Assembly (NCBI GenBank): GCA_938001965.1
Contig: CALLBC010000062.1
Span: forward strand, 1-61,162
Direction: 5' to 3'
From: an uncultured Bdellovibrionales bacterium
Lineage (GTDB): Bacteria; Bdellovibrionota; Bdellovibrionia; Bdellovibrionales; UBA1609
DNA length: 61,162 bases
Shown: positions 46,455 through 55,421 of the stretch, piece after piece
Layout: each line of letters begins with the position of its first letter
Position numbering within the stretch: position 1 is the first letter of the stretch
The notes under the pieces: generated by a model
Told to the model about the DNA's origin: nothing
Seen by the model: only the letters and a program-made list of their open reading frames with translations
The model's database searches: none
Position numbers and translations under genes: made by a program

Positions 46455-47171
46455 ATGAAAGTTATAATAAGTTTGTTGTTAATAGGGATGTTTTATACCG
46501 CTGGGGCTTTTGCTGAGGAAGTGACTGTGGGTAAGGTGAGTAAATCTGGTAAAAAGGCTGTTATATACATTCCTGAGGGAATGACTGTGGAGACGGGCCA
46601 AACATTAGTGATTGGCGGTGGAGAAAGTAAGGGGCAAGTGATGTTGCCTTCAGGAGTCTCTGCAAGAAACAAAGCTATTAGTGGAAATTTTAGCTTTTTT
46701 TCAGATACAGCAGAAACTACGATTGTTGGTCAAACCCCAGGATCAAGTGAACAAACCTCAATGGCTCTTGGACTAAATTATATTAAAAATAATGTAAATT
46801 TTGAGTTTGGTGGAGGCTTAACATACTCAAGTAGCTCAACCACAACGAAGAAAGATAGTTCTTATGGGTTGTCTGGTTTGTTTGAGTATAACTTTATGCC
46901 CAATAAACCAGGCACAACTGTGGTTGCTCATATAGGGGGAGAGCTGGGTTATGCTAGCGGCTCCAGTGAGACTAATACAGGCAGTAAGGATGAGAACTCA
47001 GGGTTAAAGTATGGAGTGTATGGCGGTGTTAAGTACTTTATGTTTCCAGCAAGTGGTTTTGCAATACAGGCTGATCTTGTTTATTTAATTGATAATTCTT
47101 TATCTCAGGATAACATCGATATTTCTGTTTCTAGGCTAGGGTTAAGAGCTGGAGTAAGATACTACTTCTAA
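46455..47171 (+). CDS. Outer-membrane beta-barrel protein
   Basis: Signal peptide ...YTAGAFA, Gly/Ser/Tyr-rich alternating strands, C-terminal GVRYYF. Confidence 0.65.
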   Translation: MKVIISLLLIGMFYTAGAFAEEVTVGKVSKSGKKAVIYIPEGMTVETGQTLVIGGGESKGQVMLPSGVSARNKAISGNFSFFSDTAETTIVGQTPGSSEQTSMALGLNYIKNNVNFEFGGGLTYSSSSTTTKKDSSYGLSGLFEYNFMPNKPGTTVVAHIGGELGYASGSSETNTGSKDENSGLKYGVYGGVKYFMFPASGFAIQADLVYLIDNSLSQDNIDISVSRLGLRAGVRYYF

Positions 47172-47179
47172 TTCAATTT

Positions 47180-47362
47180 CAATGCTCTGAATAAATATTC
47201 TTAATAATTTTCTTCAACTGTTACTAGAGTGCGCTTACGGCAGCATCCCGTCTTCGCACTCTATCACCCTTACGGGTGAGCACAGCGCGGATACGCGAAG
47301 CGCGACACGATACTCTAGAAAAAGTTGAAGCAAATTTTTAAAAATATTTATTCAGAAATTTG
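47180..47362. repeat. Foldback element, copy B
   Basis: Core 47231-47311 is 72/81 identical to copy A. The termini share ctctgaataaatatt. The arms are imperfectly self-complementary (~85% by eye). Begins ~9 nt after the stop at 47169-47171. Confidence 0.8.
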
Positions 47363-47376
47363 GATATTTTAATTAG

Positions 47377-47405
47377 ATAAAAAAAGCCACATACCCGGTA
47401 TGTGG
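47377..47405 (-). terminator. Rho-independent terminator for the 47437..48186 gene
   Basis: On the minus strand: gccacata-ccggg-tatgtggc followed by a run of T (the plus-strand A run at 47377-47384). Confidence 0.7.
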
Positions 47406-47436
47406 CTTCAAGTGAAAGGCTTTTAAAATTTAATGA

Positions 47437-48186
47437 TTAGTTGTTGCTAGTTGGGTTTGGGTTAAGAGCAGCATCAACTTTATCAAAACGAGCTAATAAA
47501 GAACCAGGTATTTTTACAGTTCTATCTTCAACAGACTTAGCTAACTTCTTAGCATCGTCAAATCGATTAGCTTCAATTAACATGTCCATATAAGCTTCTG
47601 TAACAGTTACTTGAAGTACATCTGGCTTTGAAGCTAGGATAGACTCAAAGTAGTCCACAGCAGCATCTGTGTTACCTTGCTTAGATAAAACTTTAGCAAA
47701 GTAATAAGCCGTCATTAAGTCTTCACCTTGATTAGTAAAGTAAGCACTTAAAGTTTCGTGAGCTTGCTCATAGTTTTCTAATTGATAATGTAATTTTCCT
47801 AATTTTTTAAGAACTTCTAGGTTGTTTGGATTGGCAGATAACTGCTCCTCTAATGATGACTGTACACAATCAATCATTTTTCTTTCTAAACAAATTTCTT
47901 GTAAACGGTTGTAGTTACTTTCGTCACCCATACCAACTGAGATCATTGCTTTATGTGGAATAACTTCTAATGAGTGGTTGCCCCAACGAACACTGTGTAA
48001 GAATGAGCCTGCAGTAATTACAGAGATACCTAGCATAATTAATATACTACTGCGATTTCTTTTTTTAGTACTAAGCTCTTCAGCGTTTGAATCCATATGC
48101 CCGCAGTGATTACAAATTACTGGTTTATATAGTAAGCGATCTTCGCTAATTTCTGATTTACATTTAGGACACGTTCCGTAGGTCAT
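47437..48186 (-). CDS. Zinc-ribbon / single-TM / TPR-repeat protein
   Basis: CPKC...CNHC N-terminal zinc ribbon, TM segment SILIMLGISVITAGSFL, and a C-terminal TPR-like region (NLEVLKKLGKLHYQLENYEQAHETL...). Confidence 0.6.
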   Translation of the reverse strand: MTYGTCPKCKSEISEDRLLYKPVICNHCGHMDSNAEELSTKKRNRSSILIMLGISVITAGSFLHSVRWGNHSLEVIPHKAMISVGMGDESNYNRLQEICLERKMIDCVQSSLEEQLSANPNNLEVLKKLGKLHYQLENYEQAHETLSAYFTNQGEDLMTAYYFAKVLSKQGNTDAAVDYFESILASKPDVLQVTVTEAYMDMLIEANRFDDAKKLAKSVEDRTVKIPGSLLARFDKVDAALNPNPTSNN

Positions 48187-48509
48187 TTTATAACTCCTTT
48201 AAAAGTTTTTAATTCAAATTTAACAAAAATTAATAAAGCAAATTGGATACCAGGATTTTTAAACGGGAGCTCAAAATTAAAAGGTTCTGAGCTGGAGTGA
48301 CTGACAAAAATAGGTCTTTGTGACGTAAATTGTAACTTCAATTAGGTTTGTTTATTTTTAGCTAAGTATCTGATAACAAAAGGTAAAACTGAATTTGTGT
48401 AAATAGCTTCAACTTTCTCAACAAGCTCATATGCCAGCCAGAGATGGACCCTTTTTTGTATATATAAGTATGAACCAATTTTATTTCATTGGGATAGGGA
48501 GTAAAGCAG

Positions 48510-50216
48510 ATGTTAAAATTAGTAATTGCAATCAGTATATTCGGGTTAGTTGCCTGTAATAGCGGTTTTGAGTCTGAAGGTAGGCCTTATACAGTTGGCC
48601 CAACAAAGGGTAGCTTTACTCCAGTTAACCCTGAAAAGGTTCCGGTTAAAATTAAAGATGGTAAAAATAAAGAAGCCGCCTCTTCGGGTTCAAATCATGT
48701 TCAACCTAGAAAAGATAATAAAAAAACTGACATTGTTGAGAAGAAAAAGAAAAGAGAATCAGTAAATTTATTCACTGGGCTTAATTTTGAAATTAACTTG
48801 GAGAGTACTTATGTAGACGGTGTTAAGCAGGAAGATGCAAAAGTGCATGTGGAGCTTAAAGGAGCTATGGTCATTTACGAAAAAAACAGTGAAGGTAAGC
48901 TAAAAAGAAAAAAGACAGTGAGTTTAAATCTTAAAAAGTCATACTACAGGTTTGATAAATCAACGGGTGTAGACAAGTTAGAGGAAAAAGACTTTTGGGC
49001 ATTTAGGCTTGTTGATGGGAAAACAGGCGTAGCAACTGATATTATGTGCTTAAGTAAATGGTCTTGTAAAACAGTTATTGCCAATTTGTATTGGTATGAA
49101 GGAGAGGACTTATTTAAAAAACAATTTCATGTTGAGAATACAATTCAACCAATGAGACTTGTGCCAGAAGAAAAGCCTACAGAAGATGAGCATGATGAAG
49201 TAGATATTCATATTGACTTGCATGAAGACAACCATGAACAAGAAACAGCTGGAGAGCCATCCGAGTATCTATATTTACCTATTAAGCAAGAGGACTTTAT
49301 TGAGAGTCAGGTTGAGGAAGTGGAGATTCCAGATGAGTCTGCTGATAAAATTATAGAGGATCTTGAAAGTCAAATTAAGCCAGTGAGTGAAGTGGAAGTT
49401 TCTGAGTTTGCATTACCCATGAGTAAAGTTTCTCAAAGAATTGATATTAAGGACCTAATTTTTGATTTTGACTCAGCTACAGTGAGTGTACTGAGTTCGG
49501 TAGAGTTACCGGTGCAAGCCTTAAGATGTCAGACCACTAAAAGTAGTGCTGGTTGTGCCAATGGTGGGGCCTTAGCTAATGCTGACCAGTTGAATGAGGC
49601 TATGCTATCTGATCTTGGTAAAATTGAAAGTTCATACTTTATTGGTAAAAATCGTACGAGTCATTCATATGGAACTTCAGTATTAGTTAGCTTGGTAGAG
49701 TCTGTTTCTGAGGCTGTTGATCTTAAATACGGGAGGAAAGCCTGTTTAGGAAATATGTCTAGGGAGCATGGCGGTCGTTTGCAAAAAGAGGGCGGTTCTA
49801 AAAGTCATCAAAATGGACTAGATATTGATTACTATTTTTATACAAAAGAAGCTCTTAACAAAGACAATTGTGCATTCAATGCCATTACTTCCAAAAGTAA
49901 TGTTTTTGATTTAGAAAGAAACTATTACTTTTTGACCGAGCTTTATAAAAAAGCTCAAGCTTATGATTCTAGTGGACAAAAATATAGCTACTTATTTAAT
50001 ATTTATTTAGATAAAAAACTTAAAAAGAAATTATGCACTTATGTTAAAGACACTGAAGGTGCCAATGCATTAGATGAAGGAACCGTCGGTTATGAAGTGA
50101 TGAGGCGAATCTCACACGAAGAGTATCATAAAGATCACTTCCATATTCGATTAAACTGCCATGGCACTGCCTGCAGAGACTACGGTCGCACAATCAGCGA
50201 TAAAACAGGTTGTTAG
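48510..50216 (+). CDS. Lipoprotein with C-terminal MepA-like LAS metallopeptidase domain (peptidase M74-like)
   Basis: Lipobox GLVACN. LAS motifs SHQNGLDIDYYF (HxxxxxxD) and HKDHFHIRLNC (HxH). About 330 aa of charged N-terminal extension have no recognised motif. Confidence 0.7.
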   Translation: MLKLVIAISIFGLVACNSGFESEGRPYTVGPTKGSFTPVNPEKVPVKIKDGKNKEAASSGSNHVQPRKDNKKTDIVEKKKKRESVNLFTGLNFEINLESTYVDGVKQEDAKVHVELKGAMVIYEKNSEGKLKRKKTVSLNLKKSYYRFDKSTGVDKLEEKDFWAFRLVDGKTGVATDIMCLSKWSCKTVIANLYWYEGEDLFKKQFHVENTIQPMRLVPEEKPTEDEHDEVDIHIDLHEDNHEQETAGEPSEYLYLPIKQEDFIESQVEEVEIPDESADKIIEDLESQIKPVSEVEVSEFALPMSKVSQRIDIKDLIFDFDSATVSVLSSVELPVQALRCQTTKSSAGCANGGALANADQLNEAMLSDLGKIESSYFIGKNRTSHSYGTSVLVSLVESVSEAVDLKYGRKACLGNMSREHGGRLQKEGGSKSHQNGLDIDYYFYTKEALNKDNCAFNAITSKSNVFDLERNYYFLTELYKKAQAYDSSGQKYSYLFNIYLDKKLKKKLCTYVKDTEGANALDEGTVGYEVMRRISHEEYHKDHFHIRLNCHGTACRDYGRTISDKTGC

Positions 50217-50355
50217 CCCGTTAGCCCGTAGTAAGCGAAGCTTACGATAGGGCGATAAACAAAAGCTTCCAAATTAATAGCGCTTCGTCCAGATTGGACG
50301 ACGCGATATTATTTGGAGTTCCTTAGGTTCCGTAGTAAACGAAGCTTGCGATAGG
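50212..50355. repeat. Composite intergenic repeat: tandem 8-mer, 26-nt direct repeats and a central palindrome
   Basis: gttagccc occurs twice in tandem (50212-50227, the first copy spanning the TAG stop). ccgtagtaagcgaagcttacgatagg (50226-50251) repeats at 50330-50355 (24/26). A palindrome at 50268-50317 is centred on cgtcca-gat-tggacg. Confidence 0.75.
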
Positions 50356-50404
50356 AAAATTTATTTTAAAGACAGGCTCTTAAAAGTTTGCTAGCCTATG
50401 TTCA

Positions 50405-50800
50405 ATGAAGCTAACTCCAAAAAGTATTTTTTTATTAGACGCCATTGGCGCGCTTGTCTCATTTATTTTTTTATACATTATACTAAGAAAGCTTATTCAT
50501 CTGATTGGAATGCCAGATGATGTTTTGGTGTTTTTAGCTGGATTTGCGTTGGGCTTTTTTGCCTATTCTTTAAGTTGTTATATTTTTGTTAAATCTCGAC
50601 ACTGGAGATGGTTATTTGTAATTATTGTGGCAAATTTACTATATTGCTTGTTGTCCCTGTTCTATATGTTTGAGAATTACCAGTCCTTAACTAAGCTAGG
50701 GGTATTTTATTTCTCCTTAGAAAAGCTAATTGTGTTGTATATAGTTTATGTAGAGTATGGTTTGTTTAAAACAAGTAAAAATGATGTGCTTAAATCATAA
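50405..50800 (+). CDS. Small integral membrane protein (about 4 TM)
   Basis: Four hydrophobic segments. No motif recognised. Confidence 0.5.
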   Translation: MKLTPKSIFLLDAIGALVSFIFLYIILRKLIHLIGMPDDVLVFLAGFALGFFAYSLSCYIFVKSRHWRWLFVIIVANLLYCLLSLFYMFENYQSLTKLGVFYFSLEKLIVLYIVYVEYGLFKTSKNDVLKS

Positions 50801-50825
50801 CTTCAATAGTAGAGTGGTAGAGCTT

Positions 50826-51572
50826 ATGTATAATCAACTTATAAAAGAATTAAAAGCTACATTTTATGAAGAGCTCGACGGTCAGTCCACCGGTATTATA
50901 TACGGATCAGCAGCAATCGGTGATTGGGTTTCTGCAAGAAGTGATTTAGATGTGATAGTTCTTATTGAGTCTATGGCACTAATTGATAAGGTTTCTACTC
51001 AATTTAAAAAATGGAAATCAAGCCACTCTCATGAGTTATTGGATGGATTTTTATTAATTAAGGATGGCTCTCATTTAACAGCCAAAAGTTTTTATAATTT
51101 TGACTCATCACCAAAGAGTCTTAGTGAAGCAATTTTAACACCAGATATTTGGAAAATAAAAAATGAGTCTAAAGTACTATTTGGAAGTGCCAATATTAAG
51201 TCTATGGTTAGAAGTGTTGATTCAGTTGAAATGAGAAAGTGGGCAAAAGAAAATAAAAAGCAATTTTGGATACCAAGTATTAAAAACTCTATTGCTCAAA
51301 TCAGCCTTCTTCCTCAAGACAAATTGCTACCACTCAATCCAGCAATTTGGATTGCTAGTGGTGCAGCTAGAATTAAGACTCTCGAAATGACCGGAAGCTG
51401 TATGTCTAAACAAGATGCTTTAAGCTGGTTAATAAAAAAAGGTGAGGGTCCTGTGGATTTAATAAAAATGCTTTTAGAAAATTATAAAATTTCAGACTCA
51501 GCTGCTCCAAAAATGTCCAAAGTAGATGCCGGTCTAATTGCAAAACACGCTCTAAGTATTATTGAAGAATAG
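50826..51572 (+). CDS. Nucleotidyltransferase-fold protein, aminoglycoside adenylyltransferase (ANT(3'')/AadA)-like
   Basis: ATG 50826 gives MYNQLIKELKATFYEELDGQSTGIIYGSAAIGDWVSARSDLDVIVL (the GS...D-x-D NTase motif). Length and N-terminal layout resemble AadA. Confidence 0.65.
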   Translation: MYNQLIKELKATFYEELDGQSTGIIYGSAAIGDWVSARSDLDVIVLIESMALIDKVSTQFKKWKSSHSHELLDGFLLIKDGSHLTAKSFYNFDSSPKSLSEAILTPDIWKIKNESKVLFGSANIKSMVRSVDSVEMRKWAKENKKQFWIPSIKNSIAQISLLPQDKLLPLNPAIWIASGAARIKTLEMTGSCMSKQDALSWLIKKGEGPVDLIKMLLENYKISDSAAPKMSKVDAGLIAKHALSIIEE

Positions 51573-51635
51573 AGTTTCCTGGCTTCTAAATACATGCAAA
51601 GCCTACCTCAATAAAATACTAAATTTTTTAAAAAA

Positions 51636-52514
51636 TTATTTACTATCCTCAAAAAAACCAATACCTGGACGAGAGTTGTTAATTTCATTATCAAAATCAT
51701 TAAAAGGGATAAATACTTTCCTCAGAGAGTCTTTCGTCCATAATTGTATATGTTCACTTTGAGTCTTATGATAAAAATTTCTAAATTGATGTGCCTTACG
51801 ATATGAATGAGGAATTGAATCCTGAATAATATAATTACATTCTTCAGTTCGCCCAGCAATAGTAACGTAATGATTATCATAGGTTAAAGCCACCATATTT
51901 CCACTTTTGAGCTGACTATCAATTTGCTTGATCAGCTCTTCTGGCTCCATGTGAGGAGGGGCATATGGATACTTATTTTTATAATTTTCAAAAGCTTGAA
52001 ATGTTAATTCCTTAAAAGGTTTATCAACACCACCGTTACATTTTTCTTTAAATTCTTTTTTAAACTGCAAAAATTCAGAGGGATTAGCTTTATTGTGCAG
52101 TAATAAGTACCATTTTTCCATTTGTTCAGATTTTAAATATGATGAAAATTCATTAACTGTACAGTAATTCCCATGTTTAAGTGTAGAACTTAAAACATCT
52201 GGAATATCTCCTCCGTAACCCATGTGTAGCGGAAACCTATTTCCTTGTTCAGGCCAGCTAATAGCATATTCTACCCCAATAGATTCTGGTGATATTGGTT
52301 TTCCGAGGCGTTGCCCAATTAGATTGGCTAAGGTGAATGCATAACAAAAACGAGAATCTTTAAGCTCTCCATCATTTAAATATAACTGAGATCTAACTGG
52401 GGCTATATTACCTTGTCTCAAATCAACAGGGGTGCACTTTTTCTCATGATTTTGCGCAAAAATGGCTTGTGTGTGTAAAAGTATTAGACATAGTATTACT
52501 ATTAAGCCCTTCAT
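51636..52514 (-). CDS. Exported protein, possible clan-CA (papain-fold) cysteine peptidase
   Basis: ATG 52514 (AAGGGG upstream) gives the signal peptide MKGLIVILCLILLHTQAIFA. Candidate triad: Cys in SRFCYAFT, His in DNHYVTIAG, Asp in YIIQDS ~15 residues later. Confidence 0.5.
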   Translation of the reverse strand: MKGLIVILCLILLHTQAIFAQNHEKKCTPVDLRQGNIAPVRSQLYLNDGELKDSRFCYAFTLANLIGQRLGKPISPESIGVEYAISWPEQGNRFPLHMGYGGDIPDVLSSTLKHGNYCTVNEFSSYLKSEQMEKWYLLLHNKANPSEFLQFKKEFKEKCNGGVDKPFKELTFQAFENYKNKYPYAPPHMEPEELIKQIDSQLKSGNMVALTYDNHYVTIAGRTEECNYIIQDSIPHSYRKAHQFRNFYHKTQSEHIQLWTKDSLRKVFIPFNDFDNEINNSRPGIGFFEDSK

Positions 52515-52669
52515 TATAATCCCCTTAAGAAACAACTTATATGATTGCAACTACTATTCCAACTCGATAAATGTACAGGCTATTATTTTCTAATAATCAG
52601 GGCCTGGTTTCTATATTTAACAAGTTTAAAATATTGACTGTATTAGCATGTTAAATAAATAATATAAAA

Positions 52670-53233
52670 ATGGAAAAAAAGATTAATAACTTAATTATAA
52701 AGTTAGATACTTCAAGTGATAAGAAAGCTGAGGTAATAATAAAAAGGTTAACTGCATTTGGGTCTGATGCTATACCTCAGTTAGTTTCTTCGGCTAATGA
52801 TAAATCATTTCCTAAAATTAGAAAGTGGAGCCTGCAAGCACTTGGAGCTATTGGTGATAAAAAAGGAGCATGTCCCTTACTTTCTGCTTTGGATGATGAC
52901 AGAATGACAGTTCGCTTGCATGCCGTTCATGGTTTAAAAAGAATGAAATATAAACCAGCAGAATTAAAATTAATTTCTTTACTAAAAGATAGTAGTGGCG
53001 GGATAAGAGTAAATACAATCGATGCTTTAATCGAAATCAAATCTAAAAAAGCAGAGAATGGTCTAATTAAATGTTTAAATGATTCTTCTTGGTATGTTAG
53101 GCAGCATGCTGCTATTGCTTGTGGCAAGCTAAATTTGAAGAAGGCAAAAAGTAAATTAAAGAAATTAGCTTCACATGATCCTCGAAAGGTTGTGAGAGAA
53201 GTATCTAAGACTGCCCTAGAGCAAATTTGCTAA
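52670..53233 (+). CDS. HEAT-repeat (PBS-lyase-like) protein
   Basis: Repeated ~30-aa units: IRKWSLQALGAIGD, VRLHAVHGLKRM, IRVNTIDALIEI, VRQHAAIACGKL, VVREVSKTAL. Confidence 0.7.
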   Translation: MEKKINNLIIKLDTSSDKKAEVIIKRLTAFGSDAIPQLVSSANDKSFPKIRKWSLQALGAIGDKKGACPLLSALDDDRMTVRLHAVHGLKRMKYKPAELKLISLLKDSSGGIRVNTIDALIEIKSKKAENGLIKCLNDSSWYVRQHAAIACGKLNLKKAKSKLKKLASHDPRKVVREVSKTALEQIC

Positions 53234-53408
53234 AACCTTAGCTCCTAAATAGAGAGTAGATACTTTAGTAGGGCACTCATTAACAATGGCTATTGTTATA
53301 TCATAGGATTGTATTATCAAAACTCCCAATAGCAAGACTTAAGTACGATAGATTTTGTTGCCTCTACTTTTAATGTAATTTAGTCAGAATTAGTTATATC
53401 ATTAACTT

Positions 53409-54011
53409 ATGAAAAAACTATTAATCATTTTATTATTTTGCTCCACTGCTTATTCAAATGACAGTGAGTTAAGAGAGAAAAGTTTTGTAAGTGACACCAT
53501 TAATTTTGTATCTGAAGTTTTAGCAGCCAAGAATAAAAAGTGTAGCTTAACAAATAGGTTTATGACTACTGGAGTGAGAGATGATAGTGGCTTTAAAGCA
53601 CCAAGGCTTGCAATTTGCAAAGCTAAATGTGCACCAGAGGACAAAACAGTAGATGATGAAAAAGACTGGATAACAGAGAGTCATTATTACATATACTTAC
53701 CTACACTATATAAAAATCTTGAAGATGCCTGTAACAAAAAAGGCAGTAATCACAAATATGATCGTAATAGTATCACTTGCGATATTGAAGATGCCTATGG
53801 CGGCCGAAAAGAAAAAGGGGCAACAGAACTTGATACCGATATCAGCCAGTTTAAAAGCTACAGCTGTGATCTTACTTGTTGGGATAATGGTGAAATTTCA
53901 GAACTTAACTTTACTGGTGAGCCAAGTGAAAAAGCTTGGATTGATTGGAATGTCATAAAATCCTGCCGAGGTAAAAAGAAAGTTATGGACCTAAATTGTA
54001 AGTATGATTAA
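53409..54011 (+). CDS. Exported Cys-rich orphan protein (200 aa)
   Basis: Signal peptide MKKLLIILLFCSTAYS and about 11 Cys. No recognised motif. Confidence 0.55.
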   Translation: MKKLLIILLFCSTAYSNDSELREKSFVSDTINFVSEVLAAKNKKCSLTNRFMTTGVRDDSGFKAPRLAICKAKCAPEDKTVDDEKDWITESHYYIYLPTLYKNLEDACNKKGSNHKYDRNSITCDIEDAYGGRKEKGATELDTDISQFKSYSCDLTCWDNGEISELNFTGEPSEKAWIDWNVIKSCRGKKKVMDLNCKYD

Positions 54012-54169
54012 TAAACATTAATAAAGAGATTATTTTAATCCGTCAGTGTTTTTAGGGCAGAGACTATGTCTTCCGTAAAAATATAGATAAAATTTGGTAT
54101 GTAATTCTGCAAATGTTAAGTTTCTGTTAAATCGAACTATTGATATAAATACATTTTGACAAAAATTAT

Positions 54170-55132
54170 TTGAAGCTCAACTATATGGTCGTGAAGTCAC
54201 AACTGATGTCATTATTATTTTTAGTTATTGGTTGCTATGGAGGTTATAAGATGGCCAATAAGCAGCCTCAGCCCATAAATGAGCAAGCCATTGTAGCAGA
54301 GCTTGATTCTTATAAGGTCAAATACAATGAACTAAAAAGTAAATTCCAGCTATTAAGTGATAATGAAATAGAAAGTTACATTAATGAAGATGACCTTAGC
54401 TTAAAAACTGAAAAAGCAGATGCTATGCTTGCTAAGCTACTAAAATTATTTTTAATTGATGTGGGTTTAAGGCTTCAGGAGCAAAGTAGCCGCCTCGAAT
54501 CGTCCCAAAAGAGTTATGGGACTGCCTCTAAAAATCTATCTACAAAACCACAGTCTGCTATTTCTGCGCCCAAGTGTAATTATACTAAACAAACTTGTGA
54601 AAAAATGTTTGGCGAGTTTAAACTTGCCTTAGAGTCAATTAATTGGAAACAAAAGGAAAGTAAATTGTCAGGGTTGTCTTCTGAGGGAAAAATTGATTCC
54701 TTTTTAAATGAAGTAAAAGTGGATAACCTTTTTGAATATTTAAAGAGCTCTTACAAGCCTAAAAATAATTTATACTCTCGTTTGATTGGTCTTTTTAGTG
54801 GTGATGTCATATTTGATGATGGCCAACCAGCACTTAAGATGGAATTCCAATTAAAAAATGATTTAGAGTATAAAAAAGGTGAGTATTATGGCACTTACAG
54901 AATCCAATTATTTAGAGATGGAAAAAGTATAAGTAACGCCAACGGTGATGGAAGGTTAAACTTTTTGAAGAGTTATAATAAAAAGAGTAAGGGTTTTATA
55001 ATAAATTCTGGTCGATGGTACTTCCATTTGTACTTTGGACCAACTAGACAATTTTTATTTGGCAATGTTTATGAAAAAAAAGATGTATCCACTTATCATA
55101 AAGTTGCAAAAGTGATTCTAAATCGAAAGTAA
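54170..55132 (+). CDS. Orphan protein, probable lipoprotein (start uncertain)
   Basis: LMSLLFLVIGCYGG lipobox-like segment near the N-terminus, a coiled-coil-like middle and a beta-rich C-terminus. Confidence 0.55.
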   Translation: MKLNYMVVKSQLMSLLFLVIGCYGGYKMANKQPQPINEQAIVAELDSYKVKYNELKSKFQLLSDNEIESYINEDDLSLKTEKADAMLAKLLKLFLIDVGLRLQEQSSRLESSQKSYGTASKNLSTKPQSAISAPKCNYTKQTCEKMFGEFKLALESINWKQKESKLSGLSSEGKIDSFLNEVKVDNLFEYLKSSYKPKNNLYSRLIGLFSGDVIFDDGQPALKMEFQLKNDLEYKKGEYYGTYRIQLFRDGKSISNANGDGRLNFLKSYNKKSKGFIINSGRWYFHLYFGPTRQFLFGNVYEKKDVSTYHKVAKVILNRK

Positions 55133-55421
55133 AACCTACTGCCGAGCGTTAATATTTAAGAAATTGTCAGTGTCACAATACCACCAGTAATCTGCCGAGA
55201 ATTAATAGAATTTAGTTACGCATAAATTAGTTTAAGATTTTACTTCATAAAATTTGTTGGAGCCAAACTGTCCCTAGAAATATTAAACAGCTTATCAAAA
55301 GTCTTCGCAAGATAAAGATCAATAGATATAAATAGTATGGATTGTAATAGTTTATAATAATTTTAAATCGATTTGGTTTAATTTTTTACGCTCGTTTACC
55401 GAGCGAGAGGGGAGAGTGAGA

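Noticed and set aside
51562-51762. 66-aa plus-strand ORF after the NTase gene
   Set aside because: It overlaps the 3' end of the convergent 51636..52514 gene, has no ribosome-binding site, and is Leu/Lys/Asn-rich AT-driven sequence.
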